NCBI GenBank assembly: GCA_965371225.1
Contig: CBDUXP010000003.1
Span: forward strand, 73,840 to 137,839
Length of the DNA: 64,000 nucleotides
Direction: 5' to 3'
From: an uncultured bacterium
GTDB lineage: Bacteria > Abyssobacteria > SURF-5 > CBDUXP01
The notes under the pieces were generated by a model. The model searched no databases. It was not told the DNA's origin and worked only from the letters and a program-made list of their open reading frames with translations. Each line of letters begins with the position of its first letter. Within the stretch, counting starts at the first letter, position 1. A program made the position numbers and the translations under genes. Of this stretch, positions 45,391 through 54,991 are shown piece by piece.

Positions 45391-45419
45391 TTGACCCGAC
45401 AGGGCTTTTGTGATAGCCT
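45391..45419 (+). promoter_or_regulatory. sigma-70-type promoter candidate (TTGACC-N17-TAGCCT, overlapping TGTGATAGCCT) for the flagellar regulatory module
   Basis: Lies in a 380-bp divergent, lower-GC intergenic region, about 110 nt upstream of the ATG at 45528. Confidence 0.3.
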
Positions 45420-45527
45420 TCCCCAACATACGGTAGCTCAGGACTGCTAGGGACACTACTGAGAGTAGCTTACCCCTGAGGGACACCGTCTCCCGTTCCC
45501 GCCCCGTGAGATGGATAAGGAAGTCGG

Positions 45528-48500
45528 ATGGCCGAATCCGACCGGCCAACACCGGACAGCGAGCCCGGCGAGGGGCCCGGACGTGATTCCGGGGCCGCAG
45601 GCGGGCCGGACAGCGAAGTTATCCTGGCCGACGGGACCCCCGTTGGTGACGTTACCCGTGCGACCACCGCCGAGGAGATGGATGAACTCCTCGATCTCTT
45701 CAAGGACGAGATGGAGCCCGACCCGTCCAGTCCAGCAGCGCGGATGTCGGAGCGGGAATCGGAAGAAGAAGATCTCATCCGGCGTGCCGAGGCGCTCCTG
45801 GGCACCACGGACCCTGAAGAGCTGGAGCATCTGGCCGAACTCCACCGAGCCGAGGCGGCCGATCAGTATGCCCGGCTGAGTCAGCGCCGCGAGGAGGAAG
45901 GGGATCCGGACGCGGCGGCGACGGATCCCCCAGCCGCTTCCTGGGCGGAGACCGTGCCGGGGGAGACGGGGCAATGGGATCCGACCGCGGCCCTGGCGGA
46001 CGAATTGGCGGCGGTTGAGGGGGAGCACGAGGCCGCGCTACCGGCAGCCGCTGATGCCATACCCGAACTCGAACTCGATATTACCGCCGCTTCGAGCAAG
46101 GCCATCACCGTCGTTGATCTGCCCCCAGAAACGGATGCGCTCATCGACGAGATCCTGGCCGAGGATGTCTCGGTCGCGTCAGAGCCCCCTCCCATCGAAT
46201 CCGAACCGCCGGAGCCAACCCCTGTCCCGGAGGAACCCGCAGCGCCCGTGGCGTCCGAGCCGCCGGAAGCGTTAACGCCTGAACCGCCCGACGACGCGGC
46301 CGCCGCCGTTGCGGACGCGAGTGCTCCGCCGGCAGCGAGTCCGGATACGTCCGCCCCGCCGGAACCCGAACCGGCCGCTGCGGTGCAGGAATCTGAGGCG
46401 CCTGTCGAATCGCCCCCGCCCGTACTGGAGGCTGAGCCCGCCCCCGCATCGGAGCCCCCCGCCCTTCCAGAGTCCGCGTCTGCGGAGGGGGAAGAGGTTT
46501 CCGCCGAACCCGAGCCGAGCGCCGAGTCGGAAGAGGCCGCGGCGCTCGAACCCAGCGGCGTCACCGATGCGGAGCCTGAACTGCAGGCGGCCGCCTTTAG
46601 CGGTGGGAGTCTGCCGCGCACCATCGTCGGTGCGCCGCTTGCCCTTCTGGGCCGGCTCGTCAACGTGCTGCTGCCGCGCGCCCTCACCGCCCGACTTGGT
46701 CCCGGTGCGCGCGGGGGGGTGCAGTGGGTCGCCACGTCCAAGGGCCGCTTAGCGTTCACCGCCGGCATCCTGGCCGCCGTGGCCGCGTATGTGGGCTTTG
46801 CGTTGTTCGAGGCAGACTTCTCGCACCGCCTGCTTGCCCGCCGCTTTCCCGATGCCACGGGGGTTGAGGATTTGCAGTATTTCCAAGCGGTTGCCGACCT
46901 GGAGCGCGGCGAGTGCGCCCGGGCGCGCCAAGGCCTGCGGCCCCTGGTCGCGGTAGTGGGGAGTGGCCGCGAGGCGGACATCCGGTTTGCGCTCGGGGAG
47001 AGCTATTTCCTCGATCCCGACGTGCCGACGAACCTGCGGTTCTCCCGCGCCCGCGAGCATTACCTGGCGGCGATTGCTGCCGATCCGCTGCATCCGCGCG
47101 TCACGGACGCCCACCGGCGAGTGGCGGAAAGCTATCGGGCTCAGGAGCTTTGGCCGGAGGCCGAGCGTGCCTACCGCAGGCTCCTGGACCGGTATCCCCG
47201 GGCCGCCGGTCGCGCCGAGGCCCATTTCGGATTAGCCGAAGTGTTGTTCGCCGGTGCCCGGTACCCCGCAGCGGCGGACGCATTCGAGCGTGTGTGGAAC
47301 GAATTCCCGGAAGCCGCCCTCGCCCCCGCGGCTCGCCTGCGCCACGGGGACGTCCTCTTGGCGGAGGGCCATGCGGCCGACGCGCAACAACTCTGGCAGG
47401 AACTGGCCCATGCCCGTACCGCGCCGACCGTGCGCTGGGGGGCCATCGCGCGGCTGGCGGACCTGGCCGAAACGCAGGGCGACCTGCGCGGCGCCAAGAA
47501 CTGGTGGGAAGTGTGGCTCCGCGGCGCGCCCCACACGACGCAACAACCCGCCGCGTGGCTGAAGTTTGCGACGTTGGCGCAACAGCTCGGCGATTCGGCA
47601 AAGGCCGCGTCGAGCTTTGACTTTCTCGTAACCGCCTATCCCGCGCGACCGCAGGCGATCGACGCGGCGTTGCTGCGTGGCCGCATGCACCGCGTGGCGG
47701 GCGACACGCTCGCCGCCCGGGACCTGTACGCCGACCTGCTGGTGCACGCGCCGGAGCATCCCCGGCTCCTGGCGGCCCTGCGCGACGCGTACCTGGAAGA
47801 GGGCAACGCGAAGCGGGCCGTCGAGTACGCAGAGCGGGCCGCCACGGCGGCGCCCAAAGTCGCTGCGCATCAGCTTCGCTTGGCCGAAGCGCTGGAAGCG
47901 GCCAACGAGCCGGCTCAGGCGCTGACCGTGTACTGGGAGATGCTGGCGCGATATCCCATCGCGGAGGAGACGCGCGTGGCGGCGAACCGGCTGGTGCGGT
48001 TGCTGCAGGCCCAGGGGTACACGGAGGAGGCGTACCGGGTCGTGACGCTGTATGGCGCCATGGCCGGAGGAGCTGCGAGCCTCGCCGCGGTGCATGAAGC
48101 GAAAGCCACCCTCCTGGCGGGTATGCAATTGTGGGACGAAGCGGAGACGGAGCTGGCCGCGGCCGTGGGAGCCGCGCCGTCCGATGAACTGCGCCTGACC
48201 CTGGCGGAGGTGCGCGTGCGCACCCGCAACTGGGCCGGCGTGTCCGCCAGTGTCGCCGGGGTGCGCCCGGGGGGGCTGGACGATGCCGCGTTCACGCGTT
48301 TCCTCTCGGTGCAAGCGGCGGCCCTCTTGCACACGGGGCATCCCGCGGACGTGCGTGACGTGATGGCGCAAGGCGAGGCGCGCTTGGGAGCGGCGCCACT
48401 GGAAGTGCAGGGGCTGCAGGCTCAAGCCCTCATGGTCCTGGGCCAGACGGCGCGCGCCCGCGAGATGATGGAGCGTTTCGACTCCGGCCGAGAAGCCCCG

Positions 48501-48815
48501 GCGCCCCCGCCCCCGGAACTCGCGCCGACCTATCTGGCCTGGGCCGAGCATCTTTTCGCCGCCCGGATCTTCTCGCGCGCGGCGGACTACTTTGGGCGCG
48601 TGCGCGGGGACGTGTACTCCTCCCACGACCGCGCGTGGGCCGCTTATCAGATGGCCAACTGCTACGCCCACCTGCAGGAGTACGCCCGCGCCGTTACCGC
48701 GTACGAAGCCATGATCGCCGGCCATCCGCAGGCGCCGTGGGTGCCCTTCGCCCGGGAAAAGGCGCAGTTCTCGCAGTTGCAGGCGGACGCGGCGCAGCGG
48801 GCGAACCGGACATGA
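45528..48815 (+). CDS. large TPR-repeat protein with an acidic Pro/Glu/Ala-rich N-terminal low-complexity region and one TM segment
   Basis: About 350 aa of PEPxPE-type low complexity, a hydrophobic segment (AFTAGILAAVAAYVGFALF), then multiple TPR-like helices (AYRRLLDRYP ..., AHFGLAEVLF ...). Its stop overlaps the start of the FlgN-like gene (ATGA). Confidence 0.55.
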   Translation: MAESDRPTPDSEPGEGPGRDSGAAGGPDSEVILADGTPVGDVTRATTAEEMDELLDLFKDEMEPDPSSPAARMSERESEEEDLIRRAEALLGTTDPEELEHLAELHRAEAADQYARLSQRREEEGDPDAAATDPPAASWAETVPGETGQWDPTAALADELAAVEGEHEAALPAAADAIPELELDITAASSKAITVVDLPPETDALIDEILAEDVSVASEPPPIESEPPEPTPVPEEPAAPVASEPPEALTPEPPDDAAAAVADASAPPAASPDTSAPPEPEPAAAVQESEAPVESPPPVLEAEPAPASEPPALPESASAEGEEVSAEPEPSAESEEAAALEPSGVTDAEPELQAAAFSGGSLPRTIVGAPLALLGRLVNVLLPRALTARLGPGARGGVQWVATSKGRLAFTAGILAAVAAYVGFALFEADFSHRLLARRFPDATGVEDLQYFQAVADLERGECARARQGLRPLVAVVGSGREADIRFALGESYFLDPDVPTNLRFSRAREHYLAAIAADPLHPRVTDAHRRVAESYRAQELWPEAERAYRRLLDRYPRAAGRAEAHFGLAEVLFAGARYPAAADAFERVWNEFPEAALAPAARLRHGDVLLAEGHAADAQQLWQELAHARTAPTVRWGAIARLADLAETQGDLRGAKNWWEVWLRGAPHTTQQPAAWLKFATLAQQLGDSAKAASSFDFLVTAYPARPQAIDAALLRGRMHRVAGDTLAARDLYADLLVHAPEHPRLLAALRDAYLEEGNAKRAVEYAERAATAAPKVAAHQLRLAEALEAANEPAQALTVYWEMLARYPIAEETRVAANRLVRLLQAQGYTEEAYRVVTLYGAMAGGAASLAAVHEAKATLLAGMQLWDEAETELAAAVGAAPSDELRLTLAEVRVRTRNWAGVSASVAGVRPGGLDDAAFTRFLSVQAAALLHTGHPADVRDVMAQGEARLGAAPLEVQGLQAQALMVLGQTARAREMMERFDSGREAPAPPPPELAPTYLAWAEHLFAARIFSRAADYFGRVRGDVYSSHDRAWAAYQMANCYAHLQEYARAVTAYEAMIAGHPQAPWVPFAREKAQFSQLQADAAQRANRT

Positions 48816-49279
48816 CCGTGGACGCCACCATCACCACCCAGGTCGAACGCTTCGCCGAGCAGCTCGACGCGCAGGCGGGCCACTACCGCGCCGTGCTGGC
48901 GCTGGGCGCCGAGCAAGCGGCGGCCTTGGAGCGCCACGACTTGGTCGCCTTCCACACCTTGCTCGCGCGCAAGTCGACCCTGCTCGGCGAGATTGCCGGG
49001 CTGGAGGAACAGAATTCGCCCTATCGCGCGGTCTGGGAAGCACACCGCGAGGACCTCGCCGGCCCCGTGCGCGACCGGCTCCGCGGCGTGGTGGACGAAC
49101 TCCGCACCCTGCTGGAACAACTACTCGAGATGGAGCGCGCGTGCGAGGCGAAACTCGCGGCGACCAAGCTGGACGTGGAGCGTGAACTCACACAGTTGGG
49201 GCGGGGGCGACAGGCCCTGCAGTCCTATCAACCCCGCCCGACCGCCGCGCCCACCCGCCGCCTGGATTTGGGGGGCTAA
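48812..49279 (+). CDS. FlgN-like flagellar export chaperone (tentative)
   Basis: 155-aa all-helical protein whose pattern (L..Q.G.Y..VLALG.EQ..AL...DL..F..LL..K..L...I..LEE) resembles the FlgN family. It sits within flagellar regulatory context. Confidence 0.4.
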   Translation: MTVDATITTQVERFAEQLDAQAGHYRAVLALGAEQAAALERHDLVAFHTLLARKSTLLGEIAGLEEQNSPYRAVWEAHREDLAGPVRDRLRGVVDELRTLLEQLLEMERACEAKLAATKLDVERELTQLGRGRQALQSYQPRPTAAPTRRLDLGG

Positions 49280-50583
49280 TGGCGCACGCGCATCTGCCAC
49301 CCTCCGGGGTGCTACCGCAGATCGAGGGAGCTACCGACTCGCTGGACGCGGTGTTGCGCCTGTTCAACGAGCACACGGCCAAGCTGGAAGAGGCCTACAG
49401 CAACCTCCAGACAGAAATCCACCGGTTGAATGCCGAACTTGAAGAGACGAATGCCGCCCTGCAAGCGCGCATCGCCGAGGTCACGGAAATCAAGGAGTAC
49501 CTGAATTGCGTGCTCGACAGCGTGACGAACGGGGTGATCGCGGTCGACCTCGACGGGCGGATTACCGCGTTCAACGAGGGGGCGGAACGCATTACGGGGT
49601 ACCGCGCGCAGGCGGCGCTGGGGCAGGCGTACGAGGACCTGGTTGGGGTGCCGTTCGGCGTCGAGCCGGCCGCACTGGGCGCCGGCCAAGTCCCGGCCGA
49701 AGGGCAATTCCTCACCGGGGAGTTGCTCGACGTCCACGGCCGGCCGGTCCCGGTGCGCGAGAGCACGTCCCTCATGCATGACGCTGCGGGCCAAGTCATC
49801 GGCTCCGTGAAGATCTTCGAGGATTTGAGCGAGATTCGTGAACTGGAAGCCCGGGCGCGCCAGCGGGACCGGTTGAGTGCCCTCGGCGAGATGGCGGCCA
49901 CCGTGGCTCATGAGATTCGCAATCCCCTCGGCGGGATCGAAGGGTTCGCCGCCCTGTTGGCGCGGGACGTGGCCGAGGGGGATCCGCGCCGCCGGTTGGT
50001 CGACCAGATCCTGTTGGGTACGCGGAGCTTGAATCGCGTCGTGACGGAACTGCTGCTCTTCACGCGACCGATCCAGTATCACATGCAACTTCTCGATCTC
50101 CGTGACTTGGTGGAGTCGACGTGGGCGTTTGTGGAAGGACAGGCGGCGGCGCAAGACGTCCGGCTGGAGCGCGCCTTCCCGGCGGACCCGATCCGCGTCC
50201 GCGCGGATCCCGAGCAACTGCGGCGCGCGCTCCTGAACATGATGCTGAACGCCGTGCAGGCCATGCCCGACGGCGGCACGCTGAAGGTGCGGCTCGCGCA
50301 CCGGACCCTCACCGACGAAGCGTGGGAGCCGTACGACGCCAACCTCCAGCGCGAGTGGGTCGAACTGCAGGTGCACGATACGGGGGTCGGCATCCCGGCG
50401 AACGTGCTCGAGAAGATTTTCAACCCCTTCTTCACCACGAGAGAGAAGGGGACCGGCCTGGGCTTGGCGACGGCCCTCAAGATTGTGGAGAGCCATTCCG
50501 GGTGGCTGCACGCCGCCAGTGACGAGTCCGGCACGACGTTTTCCGTGTATCTACCGCGGCCGCGCGAGCGGCCCGAGACGTAA
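49279..50583 (+). CDS. cytoplasmic PAS-domain sensor histidine kinase (FlgS/FleS-like)
   Basis: N-terminal coiled coil with no TM segment. PAS domain (VTNGVIAVDLDGRITAFNEGAERITGY). H box (HEIRNPLGGIEGF). G boxes (GTGLGLATALKIV). TAATG overlap with the upstream gene. Confidence 0.7.
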   Translation: MAHAHLPPSGVLPQIEGATDSLDAVLRLFNEHTAKLEEAYSNLQTEIHRLNAELEETNAALQARIAEVTEIKEYLNCVLDSVTNGVIAVDLDGRITAFNEGAERITGYRAQAALGQAYEDLVGVPFGVEPAALGAGQVPAEGQFLTGELLDVHGRPVPVRESTSLMHDAAGQVIGSVKIFEDLSEIRELEARARQRDRLSALGEMAATVAHEIRNPLGGIEGFAALLARDVAEGDPRRRLVDQILLGTRSLNRVVTELLLFTRPIQYHMQLLDLRDLVESTWAFVEGQAAAQDVRLERAFPADPIRVRADPEQLRRALLNMMLNAVQAMPDGGTLKVRLAHRTLTDEAWEPYDANLQREWVELQVHDTGVGIPANVLEKIFNPFFTTREKGTGLGLATALKIVESHSGWLHAASDESGTTFSVYLPRPRERPET

Positions 50584-50592
50584 GGAGCTGCC

Positions 50593-52008
50593 ATGAGTGG
50601 GGCGCACATTCTGGTGATCGATGACGAACCGCTGATGCGGGATTTCCTGACGGAAACGCTGACCCGTGGCGGCTTCGCCGTGCAGACGGCGAACAACGGC
50701 GCCGCGGGGCTAGACCACCTGCGACAGCAGAGCTTCGACCTGTGCATCACGGACATGAAGATGCCGGGGATGGACGGGTTGGAGGTGCTCGAACAGGTGC
50801 GCCAGTTGCAGCCGGACACCGCCGTCGTCCTGATGACGGCCTACGCGTCTGTGGAGTCTGCCGTGCGCGCGCTCAAGTCCGGGGCCGTGGATTACATCAT
50901 GAAACCGTTCACGCCCGATGAAATCGAACACGTGGTCGCGCGCGCGGTACGCCAACGCCGGTTGGAGCAGGAGAACCAGTACCTCCGCGAAGTCGTCAGC
51001 GCCCCGTACGATTTCCAGCAGATGGTCGGGAATTCCCCACAGATGGCGAAGATTTACGATGAGGTGAAGCGGGTCGCCGCCAGCCGCGCCAGCGTGCTCG
51101 TCCGCGGCGAGAGCGGGGTGGGCAAAGAGTTGATCGCGCGCGCCATTCACTACCACAGTCCGCGGAAGGATGGGCCCTTCATCAAAGTGAACTGCGCGGC
51201 GCTGGCCCCCGGCTTGCTCGAAAGCGAGCTGTTTGGCCACGAGAAAGGCGCGTTCACGCACGCGATCAGCAAGAAGATCGGCCGCTTCGAGTTGGCGGAC
51301 GAAGGGACGCTGCTGCTGGATGAAGTGTCCGAACTGGATCCCGGCTTGCAAAGCAAGCTCTTGCGAGTCCTGCAAGAGCGCGAGTTCGAGCGCGTAGGCG
51401 GCACCAAACCCATCCAGGTGGACGTGCGCATCGTCAGCACGTCGAACCGCCACCTGGAGGCGGCCATTGCCGAGGGTGCGTTCCGGGAGGATCTGTTCTT
51501 CCGGCTCAATGTGGTCCCGATCCACCTGCCGCCCCTGCGGGAGCGGCTCGGGGATCTGCCCCTGCTCCTCGATCACTTCGTGAAGCGCTACTGCGCAGAG
51601 AACGGGAAGCCGCCGGCCACGCTCCCCCGGGAGACGCTGGAGCACCTGCGGCGCCATGATTGGCCCGGGAACGTCCGCGAACTGCAGAACGCCATCGAAC
51701 GAGCCGTGGTGTTAGCGGAGACCGATGTGCTCGGACCCGACCTGTTCCCGTTCACCGACCTGCGGCGGGCCCCGCAACCTTCCGGCAACGGCGTGTTCGC
51801 TCCGGTGGGCACGACCGTCGCGGAGATCGAGCAGACCCTCATCTTGAAAACGCTCGGCGCGTACAACAACAACAAGAGCCGGACGGCCGAAGTGTTGCAG
51901 ATCAGCGTGCGCACCCTGCGCAACAAACTGAACGAATACCGGGCAACAGGCGTGCTGGACGACGCCAAGGCGCGGGCGGAGCGGAAGGCGGTGAATGACG
52001 CGGCCTAG
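50593..52008 (+). CDS. sigma-54-dependent Fis-family response regulator (NtrC/FlgR/FleR-like)
   Basis: Receiver domain (ILVIDDEP ... DLCITDMKMPGMDG). AAA+ sigma-54 interaction domain (GESGVGKELIARAIH, ESELFGHEKGAFT, GAFREDLFFRLNV). C-terminal Fis-type HTH. Confidence 0.8.
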   Translation: MSGAHILVIDDEPLMRDFLTETLTRGGFAVQTANNGAAGLDHLRQQSFDLCITDMKMPGMDGLEVLEQVRQLQPDTAVVLMTAYASVESAVRALKSGAVDYIMKPFTPDEIEHVVARAVRQRRLEQENQYLREVVSAPYDFQQMVGNSPQMAKIYDEVKRVAASRASVLVRGESGVGKELIARAIHYHSPRKDGPFIKVNCAALAPGLLESELFGHEKGAFTHAISKKIGRFELADEGTLLLDEVSELDPGLQSKLLRVLQEREFERVGGTKPIQVDVRIVSTSNRHLEAAIAEGAFREDLFFRLNVVPIHLPPLRERLGDLPLLLDHFVKRYCAENGKPPATLPRETLEHLRRHDWPGNVRELQNAIERAVVLAETDVLGPDLFPFTDLRRAPQPSGNGVFAPVGTTVAEIEQTLILKTLGAYNNNKSRTAEVLQISVRTLRNKLNEYRATGVLDDAKARAERKAVNDAA

Positions 52009-52132
52009 GCAACTCTTGCCCCACCACCCGGTAAAAGCTGCCGCGAGGCCCGCGGGTGGCGGAATCGGCCCGAGGCATTGCGCGTAACTCATTACTATGA
52101 CAGAGCTTATGCAGCGTACTACCACCGGGGGG

Positions 52133-52148
52133 TGGCGTGAATCTTGCT
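52133..52148 (+). promoter_or_regulatory. sigma-54 (RpoN) -24/-12 promoter TGGCGT-N5-TTGCT upstream of flgB
   Basis: Matches the TGGCAC-N5-TTGCW consensus with correct GG/GC spacing. Lies about 75 nt upstream of the flgB ATG, directly downstream of the sigma-54 activator gene. Confidence 0.55.
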
Positions 52149-52221
52149 CATTTCTGTGCGAGATGTCCCGCGTCTGGTGTACAGGTCCGCCGCCGTGCCG
52201 CAGCCCCCGAAGGAAGCACTC

Positions 52222-52605
52222 ATGGCAGATGTGAGCCGGTTGCTGGAAACGGCGCTGCCCATTTGGGAGGAAGCCCAGCGCTATACGGCGAACAACATCG
52301 CCAACGTGGACACGCCGGGCTTCTCGCCGCAGCAGGTGGATTTCCAAGCCTCGCTGCGGGCCGCGCTGGCTGGACGGTCCGGTGCCACGAGCCTGGCGCG
52401 GACGGACGCGCAGCACTTGGGCGGCGCGCGTGGCCTGCCCGGGCTGGTCATCGCGCCGTCGCAGCAGGCGACCCATCGGACCGACGGGAACCGGGTGGAT
52501 TTGGATTATGAGATGACGCAGTTGGCGCGCAACAACTTCACCACCTTGGCGGAAATTCTGAAAAACCGGAACCGGCTCGTGCGGGACGTGCTGCGGGCCC
52601 GGTAG
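52222..52605 (+). CDS. flgB: flagellar basal-body rod protein FlgB
   Basis: ANNIANVDTPGF rod-protein N-terminal motif. Ribosome-binding site GAAGGAAG. 127 aa. Confidence 0.8.
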   Translation: MADVSRLLETALPIWEEAQRYTANNIANVDTPGFSPQQVDFQASLRAALAGRSGATSLARTDAQHLGGARGLPGLVIAPSQQATHRTDGNRVDLDYEMTQLARNNFTTLAEILKNRNRLVRDVLRAR

Positions 52606-52616
52606 GAGAATGACTC

Positions 52617-53024
52617 GTGCGCTCCGCGTTTGAAATCAGTGCCGCCGGCCTCATGGCCGAACGGCGCCGGATCGAGGTCATCGCCAACAACCTCGCGAAC
52701 GTGAACACCACGCGAACGCCGGACGGGACCCCCTTTCGCCGTCAGCTCGTGGTGGTGTTGGGAGAACAGCTGCGGGCCGACCGCAAGGATTCCGGCGGCG
52801 TGCGCGTAACAGGCATCGTGGATGACCCCACGCCGTTCCCCCAGGTGTACAACCCCGGCCATCCCGATGCGAATGCGGACGGGTACGTGGCCATGCCGAA
52901 CGTGAATCCGATTACCGAGACGGTGGACATGTTGGCCGCCGCGCGCGCATACGAAGCAAACGTGGCCGCATTGAATGCGACCAAGCGCATGGTGGCCCGC
53001 GCCCGGAGCATCATCGAGGCGTAA
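52617..53024 (+). CDS. flgC: flagellar basal-body rod protein FlgC
   Basis: IANNLANVNTTRT ... GYVAMPNVNPITE ... AYEAN. GTG start. Confidence 0.8.
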   Translation: MRSAFEISAAGLMAERRRIEVIANNLANVNTTRTPDGTPFRRQLVVVLGEQLRADRKDSGGVRVTGIVDDPTPFPQVYNPGHPDANADGYVAMPNVNPITETVDMLAAARAYEANVAALNATKRMVARARSIIEA

Positions 53025-53051
53025 CGCGGGGACGGACGAGGAGCACGGATT

Positions 53052-53363
53052 ATGGTGGACATTGGACAAGTCGGCGGCATCGACGGGGCCGGGGGCGTAC
53101 AGCCCACCCAGCCGTCCGCCCCGGGTAAGCCGCAGACCGGCGGCCCGGATTTCAAAGACCTGCTCTCCGACTCGATCAGGGAGATTGAGCAATTGCAGGC
53201 GCAGGCGGATCAGGCCATCGATGGGCTCGTGACGGGGGCAGTGACCAACGTGAGCCAGGCCATGCTGGCGATCGAGCGGGCGGACATGGCCTTTCGCACC
53301 ATGATGGAAATTCGCAACAAGATTCTCGCGGCCTACGAGGAAATCAACCGCATCCCCTTGTAG
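53052..53363 (+). CDS. fliE: flagellar hook-basal body complex protein FliE
   Basis: 103 aa. C-terminal AMLAIERADMAFRTMMEIRNKILAAYEEI is FliE-typical. Confidence 0.75.
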   Translation: MVDIGQVGGIDGAGGVQPTQPSAPGKPQTGGPDFKDLLSDSIREIEQLQAQADQAIDGLVTGAVTNVSQAMLAIERADMAFRTMMEIRNKILAAYEEINRIPL

Positions 53364-53385
53364 GAAGGCGGAGTAACCGGCGTCC

Positions 53386-54969
53386 ATGAACATCCTTACG
53401 CAGTTCGTCGAACAGTTCCGCTCCGCGTGGGCCAACAGCAGCCTTGGCCAGCGGGGCGTGTTGGTGGGCGCGATCGCCGCGGTGGTGCTGGGCCTCGGTT
53501 CCGTGATCTTCTTCACCGGCCAAGGGGACATGGCCGTGTTGTACTCCGGCTTGACCGACCAGGATGCCGGCGCGGTGGTCGAGGCGCTGCGGGAACGCGA
53601 CATCCCCTTTCGCGTGCGCGAGAGCGGCGGCACCATCGAGGTGGAACGGCAACGGGTGGCCGAGACCCGGCTGACCCTGGCGCAGGCGGGACTGCCCTTC
53701 AGTTCCGGTATCGGCTTCGAACTATTCGACCGCAGCGAGTTCGGTATTACGGATTTTGCGCAGAAAGTGAACTTCAAGCGGGCGACGGAAGGGGAGCTGG
53801 CCCGAACCATCAATCACTTGCAAGAGGTGCGGTTTGCGCGCGTGCAACTCGTCCTCCCCGAACGCCGGCTGTTCGGGCGCGACCAGGCCGAGCCGACCGC
53901 GGCCGTCTTCCTCGCGCTGCAGCCCGGGCGTGTGCTCAGCCGCGGGCAGGTGGCGGCCATCCAGCACCTCGTCAGCAGCAGCGTGGAACGGCTCAGCCCG
54001 CACAGGATCACGATTACCGACCAGTACGCAAATGCACTCGCGGCACCGACGGATCCCGCCAGCGCGGCGGGGTTGTCCACCTCACAGTTGGAAGTGCGCC
54101 GGGCGGTAGAGCGCTCGCTCGAAGCCAAAGTGCGCGTCATTCTGGATCGCGTGGTGGGCCCGCGCCGCTCGGCGGTGGCCGTGACGGTGGACATCGACTT
54201 CGACCGCGTCGAGCGCACGGTCGAGCGTTTCGATCCGGACAGTCAGGTGGTCCGGAGCGAACAGCGGCAATCCGAAAAGTCGACGAGCGGCGCACCCGAT
54301 ACCGGCGGCGCCGTGGGGCTGACCGCAAATCTGCCGACCGCCACGAACGTGGGGGCGGCGGGCGGCGGCGGGGGCTCGACGACGAAGAGCGACAACACGA
54401 CGACCAACTACGAAATCGACAAGACGGTCGAGCACATCGTGAAATCGCCGAGCACCCTCAAGGGCCTGTCCGTTTCGGTGGTGGTGGACGGCACGTACAC
54501 CGTGCCCGACGGGGGCGGCGAGAAAACGTATCAGGCGCGGACCCCGGAAGAGATGGAGAGCCTCAGGCGGCTGGTGCTGGCGGCCGTCGGGGGTTCCGGC
54601 GACCCAACCGTCGAAGTGCTCAACGTGCCCCTGGACACGAGTGTGCAGGAGGCTGAATTGGTGGCCCAGGAGCAGGCGGAACGCCAGCGGCTGTTCGAAA
54701 CCGGGACGATCGTGTTGCGGTACGTCGGAATCATCGTGGTGGCTCTGGTGGCGTTCGGCGTAGTCCGCCGCATGGTCGCCGCGATGGCGCGTCGGCCCCG
54801 GCCGATGGCCCCCATGGGCGAAGGCGCCGCGTCGCTGGGCGCGGCGTTAGACCTGACCGCCGGCGCCCCGACGGATACTGAAACGCGTTCGGCGCAACTA
54901 CAAGAACTGAGCCGGGAACGGCCGGATGACCTGGCCGCTCTGGTGAAGAGTTGGATGGTGGAACGCTAG
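53386..54969 (+). CDS. fliF: flagellar M-ring protein FliF
   Basis: N-terminal TM segment, then LYSGLTDQDAGAVVEALRERDIPF, then a C-terminal TM and FliG-binding tail. 527 aa. Confidence 0.85.
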   Translation: MNILTQFVEQFRSAWANSSLGQRGVLVGAIAAVVLGLGSVIFFTGQGDMAVLYSGLTDQDAGAVVEALRERDIPFRVRESGGTIEVERQRVAETRLTLAQAGLPFSSGIGFELFDRSEFGITDFAQKVNFKRATEGELARTINHLQEVRFARVQLVLPERRLFGRDQAEPTAAVFLALQPGRVLSRGQVAAIQHLVSSSVERLSPHRITITDQYANALAAPTDPASAAGLSTSQLEVRRAVERSLEAKVRVILDRVVGPRRSAVAVTVDIDFDRVERTVERFDPDSQVVRSEQRQSEKSTSGAPDTGGAVGLTANLPTATNVGAAGGGGGSTTKSDNTTTNYEIDKTVEHIVKSPSTLKGLSVSVVVDGTYTVPDGGGEKTYQARTPEEMESLRRLVLAAVGGSGDPTVEVLNVPLDTSVQEAELVAQEQAERQRLFETGTIVLRYVGIIVVALVAFGVVRRMVAAMARRPRPMAPMGEGAASLGAALDLTAGAPTDTETRSAQLQELSRERPDDLAALVKSWMVER

Positions 54970-54991
54970 CGTTCCGCCAGGAGACGGTTCG

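Noticed and set aside
45061-45450. 129-aa + strand ORF in the ptsN/TPR divergent region
   Set aside because: It overlaps the 5' end of the ptsN-fusion gene on the other strand, runs through the promoter region, and has no recognisable features.
45420-45480. tRNA-like segment (GGTAGCTCAGGACTGCTAGGGACA...)
   Set aside because: TAGCTCAGG resembles a D-arm, but there is no T-loop (GTTCGAATC), no acceptor-stem pairing and no anticodon arm, so this is not a tRNA.
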